Positions 57,851-64,000 of a stretch of DNA of 64,000 nt are shown one piece after another (position 1 is the first letter of the stretch; each line of letters begins with the position of its first letter). Under the pieces are notes generated by a model that saw only the letters and a list, made by a program, of their open reading frames with translations, was not told the origin of the DNA and ran no database searches. This stretch comes from Eledone cirrhosa (lineage: Eukaryota), in assembly GCA_964016885.1 (NCBI GenBank), contig OZ024745.1, positions 70,990,001 to 71,054,000 of the forward strand, given 5' to 3'. The position numbers and the translations under genes are program-made.

Positions 57851-60593
57851 TATACATAATACGTATATGAATATGCATATGTATGTATGTGTGTATGGAT
57901 GCATGTATGTAAGTACGTACGTATGTACGTATTTGTGTTGGCATGTATGTAACTCTATAAAAGTATATTGTAATTACAGGCTTACGTATGCCATCTCTCA
58001 CAGTTAATTTTGTTTCTATATCTGTATATCTTAACATATTAATGTATACGTGTCTAGGTTTGTATGGATGTATATGTTTTTTTGTATGCATGTTCACTTG
58101 GGCGCGGTTGAGCGAATGTTTATGTACCTTGAAAATAACCATGCATATTAATCGCATGATTATACGTTACTAATTTTTAATGTGTTGGAGAAAAACTAGA
58201 TCACTGAAGAAAAAAAATATGCAGTTGAATTTTCCCCACTTTTAATATATGAATACAATTTAAACCCTTGACTGTATAACAGCTGATCTAACTATGTTTT
58301 TCTTTGAGTTTCTTCTTTTTTCCATTTGAGAATCAAATGTCAGAAAAAAGAATAATATATATATATACATATATATAGACTGCTATTATTAAATAAAAAA
58401 AACCTTTTGGTCTATTATGGCTGATATTAGAAGCCTTTGTTTTACCACAACTTATTAACAAATTCCTTTATTCATACATATAGCTGATATTAAACTCTTT
58501 TGATCTATCACAAATTTTGCAGGGGCTGGTTTTACTCTTCCAAAACAAGTAAAACACAGTATAGTTGTTTACATACATACAGCACCTTGCTAGTACTCCT
58601 CAGATGGCTTTCGAAAATGGCCATTAAAAACAACAAGTACAAACAAACTTGGCTTGGCCATTGTTCGACTTCAATGATCTGAAGGAATGCAGTGTTTGCC
58701 CACTAGGCCAAGCTGAAGTTGGCATTAAGACCCTTTCTCCCACCATGACTAATATTATACCCATTCTGCCATGGCTTAAACAAACACTCGCCTTATTATA
58801 GTCGTGTTGATGGCGACTCAAATCCACAACTCACACATGCAATGGGAGTGTGTACAGATTTCTTTTTATAATCTAAGAGATGAAAAAATGGTCGAAAAGA
58901 AAGTTCTTTGTAAGAAAAAAATCATTTTCTCTTACTCAGAATAGTTTTTTTTTAATCCTACTTTTTTTAAAAGAAAAAATAAGAGACCTTTTTCTTAATT
59001 AAAAAAATATTATATAGAAAAAAAAAGAAACCGTTTGAAGAGTCTGTTTTTCTCATTGGACTTCTTACACTCTTTAAGCGGAAACTATCTTGTTTTTGTT
59101 GTTGTTTAAAACTTCATAACCACCAGCAATGGTCTAAATTGTTTCACCTATCATTATATGATTATTTCTAGAATAGCAATAGTGAAAAACAAGTGACAAC
59201 TATTCATTATAACAATGATAATGAAAAATGATAATCGTAATTTAGACAACAGGCAAACCAGTAATGACTGTTATCATCAATTAATTAATATTTTAATTAA
59301 CACTATTCTTTATTGTAAACCTTTGGAGACTTTCTCCGTTGAGACTCTTTAAAAACTTATGCTCTCTATTCACCGAAGGGATAATAAAGTGAAAAAGACT
59401 GCTTTCTATTCAATTGTTTTATCAATTATTTCCCACAGTCAAACAAACTAATTCTCTCAACAGATTGAATAATTAAATCTATTTGTATGTTTGTAAATAG
59501 ACACCAAAAAAGAAAAGCAACTAAACAAATTTCTTCAAAAAAGAAGGTTCTTTTTCAAAATGTGAAAATTTCAATATCTTACTCCTACAGCGAGATCTCA
59601 GGATAGGAATGACAACAGGTGTTATATGGATAAGATACAACACACAGGAGAAATCCTTTATTTATACATCACATACATAAGTCAAAATTACTTTTGTTTG
59701 CAGCCTATAGTACACATCTTACAGAATTTATATCACATAATATCTATTCCAGGAGGTCGTATGCAGCAACTATATTTTTACACTAAAAAATGCTACTATT
59801 AAAAGTGTTAACCACATTTTTCATGAAAGACGCTACCTATAATTTTCAAAATCATTTCGATAATAATCAAGTTTAGTAGGATTTAGTAATATAGCAGGCT
59901 TTCTCATTATTATATTAGAACAAATGTTCTCACATGAACTTATGATGGAAGGTTTTCAGATAAACACTTTGAAACAAACAGGTTTGTATCGTAGAACCAG
60001 GGGCAGCTTCAAGCAGTTTGGTATCAAAAGGTTTAAGATGATATGATGAATGTTATATGGGTTTTGGCTGCTGTTTCTAACAACCATGTCGAAGAATGTT
60101 CATTGGATCAAAGAGATTTCGTCATTGTCTTCTGGGGGCTACATTACTCATTTACCATAGGTAAGAAAGTAGTTTCCACACAAAGAAAGAGTTTATATAG
60201 AGAGATATTCAATTGTTCTGTTCAAATAACATTTCTATGAAGCTACAAAAAAGAATGTTTAAAACATTAGCAAGCATCTTAGAGAATTAAATAATTCATA
60301 ATATTCAATTTGGGACAGAATATTATGAATAAAACATGTGACATTTTGATTTAACCTTCTTTTAGTTAATGCACATTATAAATTCAGTTTGGCTTCCTTG
60401 CAATTTTACACCAAAGACATTTAATCAGAGATGGAGGAAGATTATAGGAGTTTTATACAAAATAATCTCTAAATCTATCCAAGAAAAATAGGTATATACT
60501 ATCATCTATAGATATGATCACACTCTGTTGCTTCATATATGTATTATAACACTAATGAAATATATATAATAATAATATTTTATCACACATCAG

Positions 60594-60790
60594 GGCGGTG
60601 GATTGGCAGTATCGGTAGAGCGTCAGGGTTACGGTCCTTTACGATCTGAGTTCAAATCCTGCCGAGGTTAGCTTTGCCTTTGGTCCTCCCGGTGTCGATA
60701 AAATGAAGTACCAGTAATGTACTGGAGTCTATTTAATCGACTTTCCACTCCCCAAAAAATTGTTGTCGTTGTGTCTAAATCAGAGACCCT
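60594..60790 (+). mobile_element. Abundant octopod-type tRNA SINE family (representative copy)
   Basis: ggcggtggattggcag...gagttcaaatcc...ctttgccttt...gtcgataaaat(a)aagtaccagt. At least 10 copies occur in the window. Confidence 0.85.
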
Positions 60791-61902
60791 TATTTTATCA
60801 CACAAACTTCAGGTTAATGCGTTTGCTCGTCTGCCTTCTGGAACCATGAAGTGACAACAATGAAATAGGTTATATACCTTCCCTCAAAGTAAATGTTTTT
60901 AAACATCTATATTAGGATTGAATAAATAGAAATGACCACAAAATTTATTTTGAAATGTTATTAATCAATTAAGTAGAAACGATTCTTGTAGGACCAGATG
61001 CCCTTCAATCAGCTTTTAATCAGCTTTTATGACATGGAATATACCTAATGTAAACTTGATATATTATCTTAATTAATGAATTAATTAGTTAAAGTAGTAG
61101 TCAAAATAAATTCTAATAGGGTTTTAGAAAAAAATGATATCATAATGTGATTCTTCTGGGTGGACAGAGAGTAATGCCACAGTTCCACCCATTGAGTCAG
61201 TATACATGTCTAGATGGGTTAGATTTGAAATAGAGCCAAATGAACTTAATACACCACCTGGTTTAGCACCACCTTCTGCTTTAACACCACCACTTAGTCA
61301 TTGCATACCTTTAGCACAAGTTACTCTGCTGCAGGTATTCAGGACACGAACACTATCTCGGAATAACTTCATCCTAACAGTCATTCAAGTCTTAAAAAGA
61401 CTCGTGGATATGGCCTTTATATTCAGGTCATTCATTTTTTCCCCACCAGGAAAGTGCCTCCATGAAAGTTTTAAATTCTTTTATTTTCAGGTCATGTGAA
61501 TTTACTCAGTTCTAAAAACATTTATTTATTTTATTGTTACTTTTTTTTTCTTCGCTCCTGAAATTTTAGATATTTTCATTTGAGTGGGACAGGAAAATAC
61601 CTCTAGTGCAGTGCCATGACAGACTGCAAGCAAATGAATTAAGTGACAAGCAAATAAATTAAGACGTTAAAGAGCCATGAGTAGGACAACATCATTAGTG
61701 CATATGCTATAACAAATTGCACTTGCTGCACTCGGCTAGGTGTTAACTTTAGGAAGAGCATCCAGCCATAGGAATCATGCTAGAAATAGAATGTTCAAGA
61801 TAGGTTATACATGAGTGAACCAATGCATTTATGGAGTGTACTATTCAACAGTTAAAGGTTAGAGTAAAAACATTATCAAAGTCATAAATAATAATAATTT
61901 TA

Positions 61903-61955
<53 letters not shown>

Positions 61956-62269
61956 ACTAGAGATTGATTAACATATAAATAAACATGAATAATCACAGGA
62001 GATATTTTTTTACAAGTGTGTAACCACACATAGCTAGGTAGGTAACTAAATAAAGTTGACCAGAACTTCAAAAATAGATACCTTATAATATGATTAATCT
62101 TCCCTGTATATATTCCATTAAAGAAATATATTTCACCAATTAATCAGATGGTAAACCACAGAAGTGGAGACTTGGATTTTCAACAAGGAAGAAGTTCCAG
62201 CAATCCGTGTTTACACTTCAAGTTCAAATCAGCGACTGGCCAGCACCACGTGTAGTATTTACTAGAAAT

Positions 62270-62329
<60 letters not shown>

Positions 62330-62334
62330 CAATG

Positions 62335-62665
62335 ATACATGACAGTGAAACAAGGGCCTTCGCCACAAAAGACATGAGAAGATTAGAAACAATTGAAGCC
62401 AACAGGTTCCGATAGATGTGTTAAGCTAGCGCGTATGAATGACGTAGCATAAGAGAACTGGGAGAAAAACCCGACATATTAAGAAATGGATGTAGTACGG
62501 AAAAGAGAAACTGCATAGGTTTAGACATGTCATGCATATGAAAGATGACAGCTGCGATAAGAAATATGGAGAAATCCCAGTGGCTGGGATCCGTGGAAGA
62601 GACAGACCCAGGAAGATTGGGATGTGGTCGTGAAGACCAATATTAAGAAGCATAAATGTGACCTG
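62335..62665 (+). mobile_element. Decayed RTE-clade LINE 3' fragment
   Basis: Relic of the RTE ORF C-terminus: DMRRLETIEA, FRHVMHMKDDSC and GIRGRDRPRK (GRGRPRK-like). Confidence 0.75.
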
Positions 62666-63782
62666 ACACATCATTGCCCTTCACCACCCGACCCCATTTA
62701 TGCCCTCCTCCCTTACTGTATCGCTTCTTAGCTAGTACTCTCTGTCCTCCTTCCCTCTACATACCTTCTCTATTACTCCCAAATAGCTACGCTACCAATT
62801 CTGTGCTCACACCCCGCCTCTGCCTCCTCCACTCTTTAGCCATCCCCCCTCTCTCAAGTCCTTAGAAATCCACTCTATCACACCCTTGCAGCTACACACG
62901 TGCCCCTCTGCACACCACTCTACCCTGCCCGTGCTCCCTCTACTACCACTTATTATATATTGTCTCTATCATTACACTGCTCATCACCATGCTAGCGACG
63001 ACGCCACCCACGCCTCCACCACCATCACTATTCAAGTATACTCACCATTACTACATGCCCTACGCTATCGGATATCTCTTCTTGGTCCTTACTCATCTCC
63101 CTGTCAAATTACACCCGACCATACATCCACAACTTCACACTTATCACCCTTCTCATCTCCTTCCTCCAACTTCGCAGAGCAGAGAAGGCCCTTCAATTGG
63201 GACATTAATCGACAACTTCTCTAGGGTTGGTGCCACAAAACTGCACCCGGTACACACTCTAAGGTGGTTAGCGATAGAAAGGATACCTTGTTATAGAAAT
63301 GATGTGAAAGGGGTTAGGAGGACATTTCAGTTGAGTCAAGGACCTAGCAATCTCCCTAGTGTTGGTAATCTGCTGTAAAGTGGTTGGCCATAGGAAGTGC
63401 AGCCAACCGTAGAAATAATGTCAATAATATAACTTCCCTTGTGATGGTAACACAGTAGAGTGTGGGGCCGGTCACAAACGAGTTACGGACTCCCAGCGTG
63501 TCGGTGGGTAAGTAGACTTCAATAATGACTCGGTCAAGATCCGTCAAACCCTTGCTAGCAAATAAAGCGGGCATTATATGATGATGATCATGATGATCAT
63601 GATATATATATACACATATATATATAAATACACATACAAACACATCGACACCCACACACACACGAAGATATATCTGTGTGTGTGAGAAAAAGAAAGAGGG
63701 GGCACAGAGATACAGAAGAAGAATAGACTATAGTACACTTTAATGGAACATTTTTACCGATCTATAACTGGTGAAAGGCAGA

Positions 63783-63913
<131 letters not shown>

Positions 63914-64000
63914 TTTATCCCGCCGAGTTCAATCGAGGGTAACCACAGTAAGTAAAGTACTCAATACAAAGCAGATCATAAATATTTCATATAGAAATGG

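Noticed and set aside
62674-63378. ORFs of 63-129 aa
   Set aside because: The sequence is pyrimidine-rich and repeat-derived, next to RTE and SINE relics, with no domain signal.

Overview
Eukaryotic, very AT- and microsatellite-rich DNA. The SINE, RTE and Tx1 content points to an octopod cephalopod (inference). Most predicted ORFs are (TA)n/(CA)n translation noise. The one clear gene is an innexin (gap-junction protein) whose coding sequence lies almost entirely in one exon (34990-36193, +), entered by a phase-2 splice acceptor. Its stop codon sits in the readthrough context TGA-CTAG and is followed by a further 74 open, GC-richer codons. The first ~31 kb is a patchwork of decayed mobile elements: Tx1-like, R4/Dong-like and RTE-related non-LTR elements, a hAT transposase relic, a hAT MITE and tRNA-derived SINEs. 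It also holds several unrelated short fold-back elements anchored in (TA)n that carry minimal type-I hammerhead ribozyme cores, as described for Penelope-like elements. Repeat boundaries were read by eye and are approximate.
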